Positions 51,701 to 64,000 of a stretch of 64,000 nt of DNA are shown piece after piece (the first letter of the stretch is position 1; every line of letters begins with the position of its first letter). This DNA comes from Ascidiella aspersa (taxonomy: Eukaryota), in NCBI GenBank assembly GCA_963924565.1, contig OZ004615.1:25172001-25236000 (forward strand). Reading direction: 5' to 3'. The notes under the pieces are model-generated. The model did no database searches, was not told the DNA's origin, and saw nothing but the letters and a program-made list of their open reading frames with translations. Made by a program: the position numbers and the translations under genes.

Positions 51701-54489
51701 TATATTTTACATATTTACCGACCTCAACCTAATTCTTTTGTAGAATTTTTTAGCTTTTGACTTGCTTAGGCAACCGATTTTTCTCAGCCGCCTTGGATAT
51801 CTAGCAACTATTTTTAAATGAATAAAATACCAGACAAGGCATTTGCAAAATAATTTAAGTCCAGACAGATAGATAGTAGGTTAACAACTGGAGTTAACTA
51901 AACTAACTGGCGCTAAGCAAATTTCGGTCAACTACCCTTTAAAAATACCTTAAACGATTCATTTCATTTGTTTTGCTTGTTTGAGCAAAGTAATGACGTC
52001 ACTTATCGCATCGGAATAAAATGTCAAGTATCGGACAACTCTACTGGTAGAATTAATTAAAAAAAAACAGTTATTTAAACCTTTTTTGAGAACAATATGC
52101 ACTTTGAGCCGAAAGAACAGGTTAACAACAGACGACACACCCCTTTTAAACCGGTGACCACCCCCCCCCTATGACGCACATTACTACACACAATACAAAC
52201 AGATATAAGTGCGATTACGGGGAGCAATAAACGTGGCGTTAAAGTTGTTTGAACAGTTTTTACTGAGATAGTAAAGTTAAGTTTGCTGACTTAGTATGCG
52301 GATCGGCACAACTTGTTGTTTTCAAGCATATGTTTTTTTTTGTCAAAATGCGTTTTTCGCTCTTCGTAACTAAATTCAAGTGGGAGGTTAGCATTTCTGA
52401 TAAGTTAGTGTTTCTCAGCTTTTTACGCTGCGACCCAAATACTTTCACTAAACTTTTTACATGCCAACAAACCACACGGCAACGACAGAAATAAGTTCGT
52501 ATCTGAGTAATATGGATAATTACATTAAAGTGTTAGTATCAGTACTCGTCCGATACTAGAAGTGGTATTGGTGCCGATTCGATAGCAAATTAATACAGGA
52601 ATTTAAACCAATCATTTGCAAAGCAACCAACGATCAACGATGATAGCAAATTTGTCAAAAAATATGAGTTTAACAACTGAAAGTAGCTAAACTTCTGAGC
52701 ACCAAAGCAAATTTTGGCCTAAAAACAAATAAAAGTTACATTTCAACATTTCAATGCACCTATCTTGCATGTTGGAGAACAGTGATGACGTCATTTGGTA
52801 TCGTATCGTATCGCGATACTTTTTGATCTAAAATATCGGGTATCGGTATCCCTGCTTAGGACCACTATTCTAGCAGCTCAAAGTACCGAATTAGGGACTT
52901 ACCCGACACACTCCCAACGGCGTATATTGCCATGGTAACCCCGAGGCCGTAAGCCCAGTTGATCGAGATAAAACCACCGTTGGCTTCTTTGCTCAACACA
53001 CTCTGCGCCACTGAACCGTTGCCGAATATCTACAAAGAGTTGGAAATTATAGAAACCTGATGGATAGGCATTATCATGTTCATATTCAAATAGAACATAA
53101 ATAGGCTATATATAGAAATTTAAATCTTGGTCAATCGTAGTATTTGTCTTATTTAAAAAATGAAAACAAGTAGCAAAGTTGTATTTTACTGTTTGAGTAA
53201 GACTTAATACCTTAACCTGATGAAGCACGGTTGTGCGAAGCTCGTCAATATTAAATACTATTTCTCAACAGTTCGTGTTAACCATTCGATTCACATCTTT
53301 CAAATTTGAAAAGACGGCTTTTTAGCAAGGTTTTATGTTTGGTTACGAAAACTGAGTCAAAAGTATACAGACAAAAGATTTGTTATTATATCGATGTAAA
53401 AAAAATTACCTCCAATTTAGGAATTTTTTTGACTGTGTGCCTTTTATATGACTGCAAAAACTTTAGGTACTTTACGACCAGTGGGAAAGTAAACCGGGAC
53501 GATGGGAAAAAGCGCTGTGGTAAAAATATGTCCTTATTCTTTTCACGAAAGTCATGTCCAAAAACATGTTTGCTTCTTTAGTCGCATACTTATGAAGGAC
53601 ATAGCACGCTAGACCTATAGGTTGTTTAAGCTTGTGCATGATTTTTGAGTTTCCTTTAAGAATTTAGGACATCATTTCTAAAAGCTTTCATGCGTTCAGG
53701 TAAAAAAGTATTAATTTCACCCCCGGGTTACGCCTGGTTACGTTGAAAATTTGCGACACTCACCATCAAAATAAAAGTTCCCAGAAACTCAGCCAGCATT
53801 TCACGAGCAAGCTTGTTTTCGATTCTTAGGATAGACGAGATTTTTCGCCGCCATCGCGTTCCGAATGAAGCCGGTTTATCTGCAAACACAAAACAAGAAG
53901 TAAAATTGGTTACACTATGCACGGATCTGTAATGTAGCTTGATAATAAATTGCAAAGCTAAAAAGGTCGAGTAGATCGACATCATCTTGATCGAGACGTT
54001 TCGATACTTCTTTATTCGATAAGTTTCGATATGAAATCATACGGTATCGATATAGGAATAAAATGTCAAGTATCGAACATTCTTGTCAACCAGTAAAACT
54101 CAATTTAATAAAATCAAAACCCCGAGTAGCAAGTTGAAGCAGACGTTCGCAACAAACAGCTTTGAGTTTTACTTGTTGAGTAAATTCGAATTCTTGCTAT
54201 TCGTAATGACAATTACATTTACCACTTTATTATCAAAAAAGGTGATAGAAAAAGCGTTATCTGCTTCTGATAAAATCACAAACGTTTACTTGTTATAGAG
54301 CATAATGTTTGGAGGCTGTAGTAATACGAATAGTAAGAATATCAAAGTCCACACAGAAGTAGGTGGCACTATGTGAATATTTCGAATGTCTCTTTATTCA
54401 TTTTCAACATTTTATACTTCTATATGGACTTTAATATACTTAGTACATTTATCCGTTAATTACACGTAGAAAAGTTTGCACTCACCCAT
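45780..54489 (-). CDS. Aquaglyceroporin (AQP3/7/9/10-like MIP channel), 310 aa, 8 exons
   Basis: Exons (minus strand): 54489-54486, 53879-53764, 53029-52903, 50774-50637, 50260-50142, 48018-47904, 47102-47000, 45990-45780; total 933 nt. Motifs [34 protein letters not shown] (NPARD is the glyceroporin signature), [10 protein letters not shown]. Confidence 0.96.
46500..46985. repeat. Repeat family F (two tandem copies), decayed hammerhead-bearing element
   Basis: gatacaagctcgtatcgaaacgtc...gatgatgtcgatctactcgacctttttggc...cagatccgtgcatagtgt; other copies at 42890-43005 (+) and 53912-54007 (-). Confidence 0.85.
48201..48246 (-). ncRNA. Degenerate hammerhead ribozyme in aquaporin intron 5
   Basis: UUGCC-CUGAUGA-A-GAU..CCUGUAUAGG..GUC-GAA-AUGU-G-GGUAG; position 17 is G, so probably inactive. 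Confidence 0.55.
48876..49189. mobile_element. Decayed hAT-like MITE (ggcccgcgg...gtccacccctg)
   Basis: CCCCTG end and GGCCCG subterminal motifs; related fragments at 49960-50022, 51520-51562 (inverted) and 59040. Confidence 0.45.
50772..51760. repeat. Degenerate ~300-bp tandem repeats in aquaporin intron 3 that include the exon-4 acceptor
   Basis: cctgcaaa.ca.aaaccggtt...ccacaacata.tt.ccggcc recurs at ~50774, ~51063, ~51390 and partially at ~51710. Confidence 0.75.
53217..53254 (+). ncRNA. Degenerate hammerhead-like motif in aquaporin intron 2 (antisense)
   Basis: CUGAUGA-A-GCAC-GGUU-GUGC-GAA-GCUCGUC; A15.1 mutated and stem I disrupted. Confidence 0.4.
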
Positions 54490-54689
54490 TACTTCAGGTT
54501 ATGTCCAGGTGATTTCTTTGGCGACCACGTCTACAAATCTCCACACTATATTAACAGCGAATTCTTGCAAAGCCTAAACCGATTTCCACGAACACAAATA
54601 ACGACCGGTTTAGCAGCCTGAAGGCAACTAATAATAATCAGGCGACGATGCCGATGTTATACCACGCTCTGCAAACTCTGTAACCTGCG

Positions 54690-54710
54690 TAACACCTTAT
54701 ATATACATAG
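54690..54710 (-). promoter_or_regulatory. TATA-like box of the aquaglyceroporin gene
   Basis: Minus strand gtatatataagg about 210 nt upstream of the ATG-containing first exon. Confidence 0.4.
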
Positions 54711-57700
54711 CAGCGCTAAGTCTAGTTAAGCTAAAGGGACTTGCCATCTAATTCGAACGGAATAGCAACGCTGTTGTGTGAAATTTCCACATGACATCAA
54801 CTGAACCGATGTGCAACATTCCTGTGAGATTACACGCATGAGAATGACCCAATTGGTCACTGGGCTTCACAGGCTGACCGCTGACCAGATGACCCCGCAT
54901 TGACCCGTATAAAGTGACGTCACTGATCGACAATGTCCACTGCTAACTTATTTAAGACTTTCGTTGAATGTTATCACGTTCAAAAATTGCCCTCAGAAAT
55001 ACGTAGCTTATTGTTTAAGAAGCTCCAACACAACAACTCAGTGACTTGACCTACACTGTTTATTTTATTAAATATTTATCGAAATTATTGTTTTTAAAAA
55101 TGACTTATTTAAATCTTACGTTTGGTTATCAATTTTTTTGAGCTTGTTGCACGGTTGGAAAATAAAAAAAAATAAAAATATTTACCTGAGCAGCTCCTTA
55201 AATATTTAATCTCAAAGCCGATTTAAACTGTTACTACATTTTTTAATTAAAGTATATAGCTTGCTTGGTAAAACATGCGAGAGGATTATTATTCAAAAGC
55301 GCTAGGACTTTTTTTACGACGCTCTTAAACAGTTTTATAAAGATTCAGCTTTGGTAAACGCTGAGAAATTTGAAGATACCGCAGTTATTTCATCTAAGTA
55401 GCAAGTAAACTGATAAATATCTCTGTTTAGTTGCAGTGGTTGTGTAGGCTATACTTTAATATACAGTTCAGATTATGACGGCAGAAATCACCAACTGCAG
55501 AAAATGCGCCAATCGCTGCAATCTTTCCCACTTGTTAAACCACGCCATGTTAAACATTTGGAATTCGCCCTTTTTCCCGATCCTATTGAACCACAGTGGG
55601 CAACTGTCAGATTAGCTGCGGGCTGTTTGCATGCGGTTTTAGGAATCTGTTAAAAACTAAGCTTGGCGTGTCCAAACACAAAGAACTGGCCCCACATTGC
55701 GCAGCAGTTTGTTTACTTGCTTGTCCACGGTCTTTATGTATTTATGGACCACAACGTTTTAATCTTCCAGGTCATTTATAACCCATATAATTTGCCGGTC
55801 TTGTTAGTGCAAAAAATATAGTTGTGATATATTACATGCAAGATTTCGTGCAGTAAACGTTTTTCTGTGATAAGACACCAGAAAACAAAATTCCTATGTT
55901 GACTTGCAGAACACATAAGCTTTCTATGACAGACACTACATATTATATGATCTCTATGAATAGACCGCACTCATATTATAGTTTTGCAAAAATTAAGCAA
56001 GTAGAAAGATAACAGCAAAAAAAGTGTGTCTTAATGCAAAAGTAATGGGGCACGATGCGCTTAAACATGCCAAAAATGTGATATTTTTCTACAAAATTCC
56101 GGCTTTGTCGACTCAACGGCTTTCAATTTATGATGAAATCCTGTTTTAAAGACAATTTAAGTTGACTATATCAAAGGTTATGACTTTATTGTTTTTGCCT
56201 TATCCGTAAATTAAAACTATTGCTTTTTGATTTCTAGCTTTGGTACTTTCGTTGAAATGAAGCTACTATCGCTCTAATGTATATTTAATAATTATGTCAT
56301 AACAGATTCTTGCATATTTTTTTGGCCACCAACCCCTAAAAAATTATTTTTGATTTTCGTGGAGCAGTGTCATGATAAATGTTTTTTTAATGATGACGTC
56401 ATAAAAAAGTGGACATAAGAAACCCGCATTAAGTCGTACAAATATGAAACCGAATTAATTTGAAACTTATAAAGTAAGATTTTAATTAGGCCTTTATAGA
56501 CCCACAAAAACTACTCTAAACCCTCGAGGGGTACATGCACCCCCAGAACCACTGTATTATAAAATATCGAAGTATTTATCCCTCAAAGATAGGACAGTAG
56601 GCTATCAATTATAGAATCTGGAACATTGGAAAGCACGTTTTGCTGACGTATGCAATTTTGCTGAAGCGTATGTTAACAAGTGGATCTCTAACCTCAAAAA
56701 CATGCGCAAGGTCTAAGTCTAGCTTATGCTGAAAATAGTCTATAAAGTTAAAATCATCGAAAGATCCAAAATTGATAAACGGATTCCATCTCTTTGAATA
56801 AAACGAGACTGTGCTTTTTTTTACTTTTTTGTTTACATTAAAAATATTGGTTGTCGCAGTGGTTTTCAAAAGTTTTTCCTTACAACGGAGAAGTTTGTTT
56901 GGACTTGTAATTTCATTGATTTGTTTGTTTGTAACAAAACGTCAAAATCGAATCGCTCGTTTTCACTCTTCTTATCGTTTCGACTGGTCTAAAAGCTTTA
57001 CAATTTTGGCTATTTCACCTTGAAAAGATCGGCAAACTAGTTTTACTAGCGGCAAAATATTTAAAAGCGTTAACCGTTAGGTGCTGCTAACGAGCAAAAA
57101 AAATGTTGAAAAGGACTAAATCACTGTTTAGTCTAAGAATGCAGCGGTGGGTTGAACGGTACTGGGCGTTTTACATATTTTACCAGATAGACAATAACAC
57201 CGCGTTAAAAACTTTGTTTTTGCTAAAACTTTTAATAACCACTGGTTTTTAAACGCACGTATTTGCGAAATACTTGAAACGTAAATATTTCGCATTGTAA
57301 AATAGAACACCGAACAAAATGTTGTTATATCCTTTCATACCGTGATTAATTGACGTTGACATACTGGTGTGCAAAACGCCTATGTCGCTACTATTTAAAC
57401 ATTTGAAATCACGTTTATGGAAATAATGTCGTTTACAGGAACGCGAAAAGCTAAAATGTCCAACCTCCAACCTTAATGCTCCCAAAGGTAAAATCTTACT
57501 AAATTTGTGAAGAACCGGTAACAAGTGTCCTGTGTAATAATAGTAAAACCACCAGAGCAGATACGAAACTAACACAAATTGATACTACTGTACTAAAAGC
57601 TTACAACACAAAAAATCCTACTGGCGTTGTAATAACCTTAAACCCAATTTATTTTTTTGTTTTCTTTTATTTCTTGTTTCCAAGTTGCACAAAAAAATGA

Positions 57701-59556
57701 AACTAAACTGAAAAACTGCGTTGGCTTAGAACATTTAAAAATAATACTGCCGTTGTAATAACTTTAAACCCAACATGTGGGACTGCATTAGGCATCGTCT
57801 TTCTGCATTTTCAACAACAAATGTTACAGAGGGAAAATGTCGTATATAGGCGAACAGTAGGCCTAATAACTAACTAATAATTGATTAGATCGCGCGTTAG
57901 GGGGAAGCATGTTGACGGGATAATTTGGTTATGGCCAGATGAAACGTCACGTATTATTAATAACACCTTATGTGAAGCCACATGTGTGGATTTATTACTG
58001 TTGTTTACAAGTTAGGTTGAACTGACATAAGTGACTTGGGCAAGTTTCAGGGTGTTTCATTAAAAAAGGATCCAAGTTTCGCGCGTCGGTAACGGAAGTG
58101 CAGATAGTTTAGCAAACGATAAAAAGAAAGATTTGTCAGAGAAAAATGTGGTTTTGTAAAAAGTCGAAACTGGAGTTAAAATAATGAAAATCCCAAAAAG
58201 TGTGACGTCATGTTGTATGTGACGTCAAAAATGCATTGTATGGCGTCATCATTGGATCGTGGCGTTAAGCAATAAAATGAAGAAGTACAACAAATTACAA
58301 ACAAGCAGCTTAAAGTTGAAATATTCTACTTACCACATTGCATTATCAAGTTAAGTTGAAATTACCTGAGACGTAATCCTCGTTAAATTATAGTTAACAA
58401 CAAAAAAGCAAGCAAACTGTATTACATGAAAAATTGAAATAAATATCCCAATTTTGATGGCAAGCGAAACCATATCACTTTAATCCCTGTCATTTGACTC
58501 AATGTCCAAAACAAAATTTGTCCAGCATGAGTACCGGTATATTATATTATTTAGAAACTTTTATTTATTAACCAGTTAAACTAGAGTTTGATGTTTAGCT
58601 TCAAAAAGGGGGGCAACACAAGTGCTGGGATCCTATGCATGTAAGGCACCGTGGTTTCAACCAATACAAAATCAATGTGGATTTAGGCTACTTTTACTAG
58701 TTTTATTTTTTGCCTTCTCCCATTTACCCTATAGAAAAATGAATTTTAATTTACAGCCGGTTAGAAAGTACTGGTGTAAAAGATCATGGGTAAAACGAGG
58801 GATGTCCAATATTATCGGAAATGTTCGTCGGATGCAAAATTAAGCTAAATTTGGATTAAATTTACTAAACGACAAGTTCATAAAGCCCAGCATAAATTTT
58901 GATAAACGTTTCTTTTATCTTTTTTCGTTTAACAATAATTATCCTACGTTAAATAATGTCAATGCAAAATTTTACACCCGGCCAGCCATCTCCAATCTTT
59001 ACAACAGTCCTTAAAGTTATCTTGCCCTTTATAAACAATTTGGTCACCCCTGGACTGGTATAGGCTTAAGCAAAAGGGCAGTCGCAATAATGTGCATTCA
59101 CATGCGTAAATATTTGCCGGCAGAAATGAAATTGTGCTTCTATTCATTTCGCATGCACACCCAGGTGTATTTACTGCAGTAATTTGCACTAATATGCTAA
59201 CTTTGCAAAGCCGGTCGATGTTTACTTGAAGAGCGGTTAATGTTTTACCGAATATAGGCCCGTTGCTAAATAAAGCTTGATGAGAAAATCGTGTAATCAG
59301 CACTTGATTGAACTGCATTACACACATATGGAGCTCTGTAAAAGGTCATCAAAGTAATTGCTATCCCATAGAAGAGACTTAAAAACAACGAAATAAATGG
59401 CTCTTATTTTACAAACAGTATTTATTCATTTTGCCATTTTTACTTTGAATTTTACGTTTTTGTAACCATATTAGTAGCATAATCAAAGTATTCTTTCGAA
59501 TAACAAAATCTGCCTGAATCCGAATGGTGAAAACAAACGATTCTGGTTGCACATCA

Positions 59557-59746
59557 ATGATAAAGATTAAACTAAGTACAGAACTTAGTAAACCGAAAAT
59601 CAGTTTGTTTGTATGTAATAAAAGAACATTCATTCGAATTAAGATACTGATGATGCTGTATAGCGAAATATATTTATCTTTTCATTACATACAAACAAAC
59701 TGATTTTCGGTTTACTAAGTTCTGTACTTAGTTTAATATTTATCAT
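59557..59746. repeat. ~68-bp inverted repeat flanking a hammerhead
   Basis: 59557-59624 is the near-perfect reverse complement of 59677-59746. Confidence 0.9.
59641..59680 (+). ncRNA. Minimal type-I hammerhead ribozyme within a foldback element
   Basis: AAGAUA-CUGAUGA-U-GCU-GUAU-AGC-GAA-AUAUAU-U^UAUCUU; perfect 6-bp stem I, palindromic stem III. Confidence 0.75.
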
Positions 59747-60299
59747 ATTAGTAGCATCTTTAATTTTGGTGCAAGTTGTCTTTTGTATAAGGCTACTAAG
59801 TAGGCCTACAGGTTCAATTGATTAACAAGTAACCTACAACATGTTTTGTAGTTTTAAAGATTTTTAATAAAGAACCGCCATGCTTAAGTCGTGGATTATT
59901 GATATTTAAACTTGCAATTTTATCAACATTAAAACCCCTGGACAAAAGTTTTCTTAGGTTTTAAGAAAAATGTTAATACTAGAAATTATAGTTTTCTGTA
60001 GCTTACCCTCAGTCAAAATATAAAAAGTATGAGCGTTCTGTCTTACATAAGCAGTGATGCCTTTTATGAACTGACGACTTTATTACCTACAACTAGATAC
60101 GGTTGATTAGATTAAACACTTACAAGAAAAATGGTCACTTTAAAAATTTGGATTATGTAAAGTTTACCCCTAGACCTGATTGCATTCTAGCGCCTTCCCG
60201 CCAGAGATATTTTGCGTGGAATATCGCAGACTACGGAATTAACCAAAAAAAGTTGTTGTTTTTGGAGTATATATCGTCCTGTTTTGGCTTAGGATTTCA

Positions 60300-60760
60300 G
60301 CCGAAAAATAATTGGGCGTGAATCTTTGTCGGCCACAAATTATATAATTCAGTCAGTCCCCTAGAGGCCTAGAAAGATGTCTGTGTCGCCTTTAGCCTAG
60401 CGTTGGTGCGAATCAACTAGAAAACGCCCACCAAGCAAAGCCAAAAGCATGTGATCCAACCGTAACATGTGGGAACGACGGCAAAGAGAAAAAGACGTAC
60501 AGCGCGCACAAGTTTTATTATCCCTTTTCCGCCTTGACTCAAGCAAGAGCAAAAAGTCAGCGACCGGCGAGCCGTTCTACTCCACTGCGCGCAAATACAT
60601 GACGTAGTTCAGTCAACAGTTCGCCAGGAATGCAATGGTAGAGATAGGGAAAAAACACAGAGCCTATAGTGTAGGCGCCGTTACTCTGTGTGTTGCTTGT
60701 ATACCGCGTTGTATAGTGCTGGTCGAATTTCAGCTTTACGCCTTTGCTTTCAAAGCAACT
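60300..60760 (+). promoter_or_regulatory. CpG-enriched putative promoter region upstream of IPMK
   Basis: Local GC/CpG rise, TGCGCGCA and TGACGT motifs, located upstream of the IPMK exons. Confidence 0.3.
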
Positions 60761-62026
60761 GTTTTTCAGAATGTTGAGCGTTCGTTTGAAGTTAAGTTGT
60801 TGCTGTCCTAGAAAAGACTATAGGGCTGGTGTTTTTGCTCTGAAGTCAGTTGTTGTTGTTCTAGAAATACGTGACTAGCCCATAGTTTTGCCTTAGCCAA
60901 TTTGCAATCGCTCAGTTTGCAGTTAGCGGGTTACATCATAATTTGTGGTGTAAGTCGAGTGAAAAGGCTGCACTGTGCAACAGCCGCAGATGGTTTAACT
61001 TTGAAACGTTAAGCCGCTAAAATCCTGTTTTCAGATAGACAGATTATCGCATAATCGCGATAGACATGCTGACAATCTAAGCCTAAGCTGTTCAACATTC
61101 ACCCAGGCTAGGATATCGTGTTTTCGGCCGATTGTAAGGGGATAAGTCTATCGCGGTGCGCAGTAAGATAGAAATAATGCATTTAGCATGTCAGTTGAGC
61201 CTCCAAGCTCAGATAGAATGCACGATATGTGATCTCTAAATCGCTTCTAGTGTATGGTAGTAACGATTAGCCAGAACCATGACACTAAGGTGTGGCTAAA
61301 TGTTGCTAAAAATAGCCACAACGAATGCAGCTATCTGCTATAAATAAGACATCCAAGCTATTTTTAGTGGGCCTATTATTTTGAGGCCCTTCGATATAAA
61401 AATTAGCAATTATTTTTTGGCAAATTTAGATTGCAAATGCTAATAAGTTAAATCTGGTACGAAATGAGTGTAAAATACTTTTTGCCAAAATTTTAATTAC
61501 AGTTTTAAAAGTTTCGAAATAATTTGCATTGTCGGAAAAATTTTAATATTCAACAAGAAATAGGCTCTGTGTGTATTTTTGGTTCAGATACTTTAAAAGT
61601 TAACTGAAAATGACCTTGTTGATTCACCAGGTATAAGTTTGCTTTAGGGCACAGCCCACAACAACAAACAGACATTTACTTTCGGCCTTGTTGATTTAAA
61701 CAACCCTAATTTGAGTAGGACTGCCTCACCTAAGAGCTTAAAAAGTGTAAAGCAAGGGTTTAATTTTATTCAACAGGCTATCACTGTCTTGTTTAATTGG
61801 CAATAAATATTACTGTTACATGTTTTTATGTTAAATAAAATTGATAATCCAGTTTTAACATGTTGGAGTCAGGTCTGTGGAGTCGGTTTATTTTGCTAGA
61901 TTCGGACTTGGGTCGTTTCAACCAACTCTGCAGCCCTGGTTTGAGTGCATATTATTTACCAACAAAAACAATTTATTTCAGTGCCGTGTAGAACTGAATT
62001 TTAACCAAGCTAGTTGGTTGTGTGTG

Positions 62027-62761
62027 ATGTCTTTGAAGCCTGTGTTGCCGCACAAGACAGGGGATAATGCCTGCAGTAAAACGACTGGCGAAAATGCAAG
62101 TAGGTTTTGTTATCAGCTGTGAATTTGGCTCTTGGCGTATAGAGCATCTCTAAAGTTTGCTTAAATTTATTCAGTCTGTTTTTCAACTTATCGTACATTG
62201 GTGAAAATATCCTTTGGGATGACTCAAAACAATTGTTTTGCAATGTCAATTGAAGAACAGCGAATGCCAAAGAGTCATTTGATTTGATTTTTTGCATAAT
62301 CACAAAGTACAGCATTTAAAAATATCTTTTATAGTAGTATGCCCAAAATAATATAGTGTTTGTTTTTGCAATATCATTTGATGCAGTACGTTGTCCGATA
62401 GTATTATTTATTTTAGTAAGTCAATATTAAAAGTCATTTAATTTATTTTTCACAAAATTATTGCTGTAAACTTATTAAAGATAACTTTATGTTATGTGCC
62501 AAAAAAATTCGCAATAATAATGAAAGACATACTATTAAATTAAGCCAAAAATTTCAGTGAAACAGAAAATATGCCCCATTTAACGAATATTCATAAATGC
62601 CAGGTTAAAGACATATATATATAATGTTTATTTTCCAGTGACTGGTGCCAGAGTGGATTCAGGGGGTCTGCAATCATCGACCCTGGCCCTTCCGAAGGGG
62701 TGCAAACCTCTGGCACACCAAGTGGCGGGCCACAGATATGGCCAGGGCAGACTCGGAATTG
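62027..62761 (+). CDS. IPMK: Inositol polyphosphate multikinase, 5' coding exons (gene continues beyond window)
   Basis: Exon 62639-62761 encodes KGCKPLAHQVAGHRYGQGRLG, matching the IPMK N-terminal motif GCxPLSHQVAGHxYG. Upstream phase-1 exon 61982-62099 (ATG 62027); possible further in-frame ATG exon 61610-61630. Confidence 0.82.
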
Positions 62762-64000
62762 GTGAGATATATATTTTTTTGTTTTTACTTGTGCATAAAG
62801 CATTAAATAGTTATAAATCTATCTGTCTTCGTCACATTTTGCTACATGCAGTTTATACATTTATTAATATTTCAGTGATTTGAAAAGCTGTTTAACAATT
62901 TTTTGCGGAAAATTGTCAGACCCTACCCAATGGTTTAAGGTATAAATATTATGCATCTATTATCCATAAACATATCTTAAGGTCTTAAAAGAAGATTTAC
63001 AAATTTATTTGTATAAAATTTAATTTTCCACTGCCTATTTTGTAATATTCAGTCTTTATTTTATTTACCTTAACACCAAACACCTGTCATTTTGCAGTAA
63101 TAACCAGCCTAATATAGCAGGGCAGCCTAATAAGGCCTCAGCGTGGCACGCCATGTATTGGTAGTAATTTGCCGGGCAAACATTCAGTGCAGGAAGTGTT
63201 CATATGGGTCACGATGATGCGGTTAGATACTGGGCTGACTTTAATATACTGATACATGATACACACTATGGCAAAGACGCAGCCATGCTTTATGTGATTA
63301 ACTATGTACTATTGACTATAGCATTATTATATATCACGATTTTTGTAATTGACAAATATGTATTGTTTAAAACAAAAATTGTTTTAATTCTATCAGGGTT
63401 TAGTAAACTCCTTTTTAATCAGACCCCTGTTGGAGCAGTATCAGCAAATTTTTTTTAATTGTGTGACCTATGGAACTTTCTGTTTTTGATTCATGAAATG
63501 TGAAACTGGAGATTCTAAATAGCCTTTGATCAAGGAGAAGGCACTAAAGTGTTTTTTTTCAATTAAAGTTATTATTATACATAATATTTTTAATTAGGCC
63601 TTCGTGTACCCCCTAAAACTAGTCCACAAACCCTAGTTTAAAAACCTCTGTACTAAATAATTTGCAGAATAGTTTTAGCTCAAAACTCGTAAAAATAGCA
63701 ATCCAACTCTATTTTTTGCTGAACCTTGAAAAATTTCAAACAGACTATATTTTTTTTAATTTTTAGACAGGTGCTAACACATAAAAAATAATAAAATAAG
63801 TTTTTTATTTATGTTTTATACCTCAATTTAAAAAAAACTTAAAGGCTAACACTAAAAAAGCTAAACATTGAAAGCTAACACTTAATTTGTTTATATCCAT
63901 AACCAAAAAAAAACAAAAAAACATTAAGTTTGTTTTTTATGTTTTATATTTCAATTTTACCCAACTAAGGAAACTTACACTTTACTGAACCTTGAATGAA

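Noticed and set aside
62762-64000. Next IPMK exon (expected xLQHPDGTVLK-like)
   Set aside because: No in-phase exon with this motif found in the window

Overview
AT-rich, intron-containing animal genomic DNA. It looks ascidian/tunicate-like, but that is an inference from composition, intron style and the very abundant TGACGTCA. I reconstructed four spliced genes by hand using GT-AG sites and phase continuity. (1) An UNC5-type netrin-receptor-like gene (+, ~16.5-38.9 kb) encodes 2 Ig, 2 TSP1 and a TM helix, but its ~276-aa cytoplasmic tail ends with no recognisable ZU5/UPA/death domain; it also has a candidate 27-nt juxtamembrane microexon preceded by a NOVA-type YCAY cluster. (2) A minimal 106-aa Boule/DAZ-like single-RRM gene (+, 41740-43700). 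(3) A complete 8-exon, 310-aa aquaglyceroporin (-, 54489-45780). (4) The 5' exons of IPMK (+, ~61.6-62.8 kb), which continues beyond the window. Non-coding DNA is dense with MITEs (hAT-like and Merlin-like, with TIRs and 8-bp TSDs), local tandem duplications, and several unrelated repeat families carrying minimal type-I hammerhead ribozyme motifs of the Penelope-like/retrozyme kind. Two hammerheads have intact cores (6496-6547 on -, 59641-59680 on +), one abundant family has a compensatory U3-A8 core, and several are decayed. One such family also forms an inverted pair abutting the aquaporin exon 2 acceptor and exon 7 donor, the geometry that favours circRNA formation. Most entries in the supplied ORF track are spurious or intron read-through.
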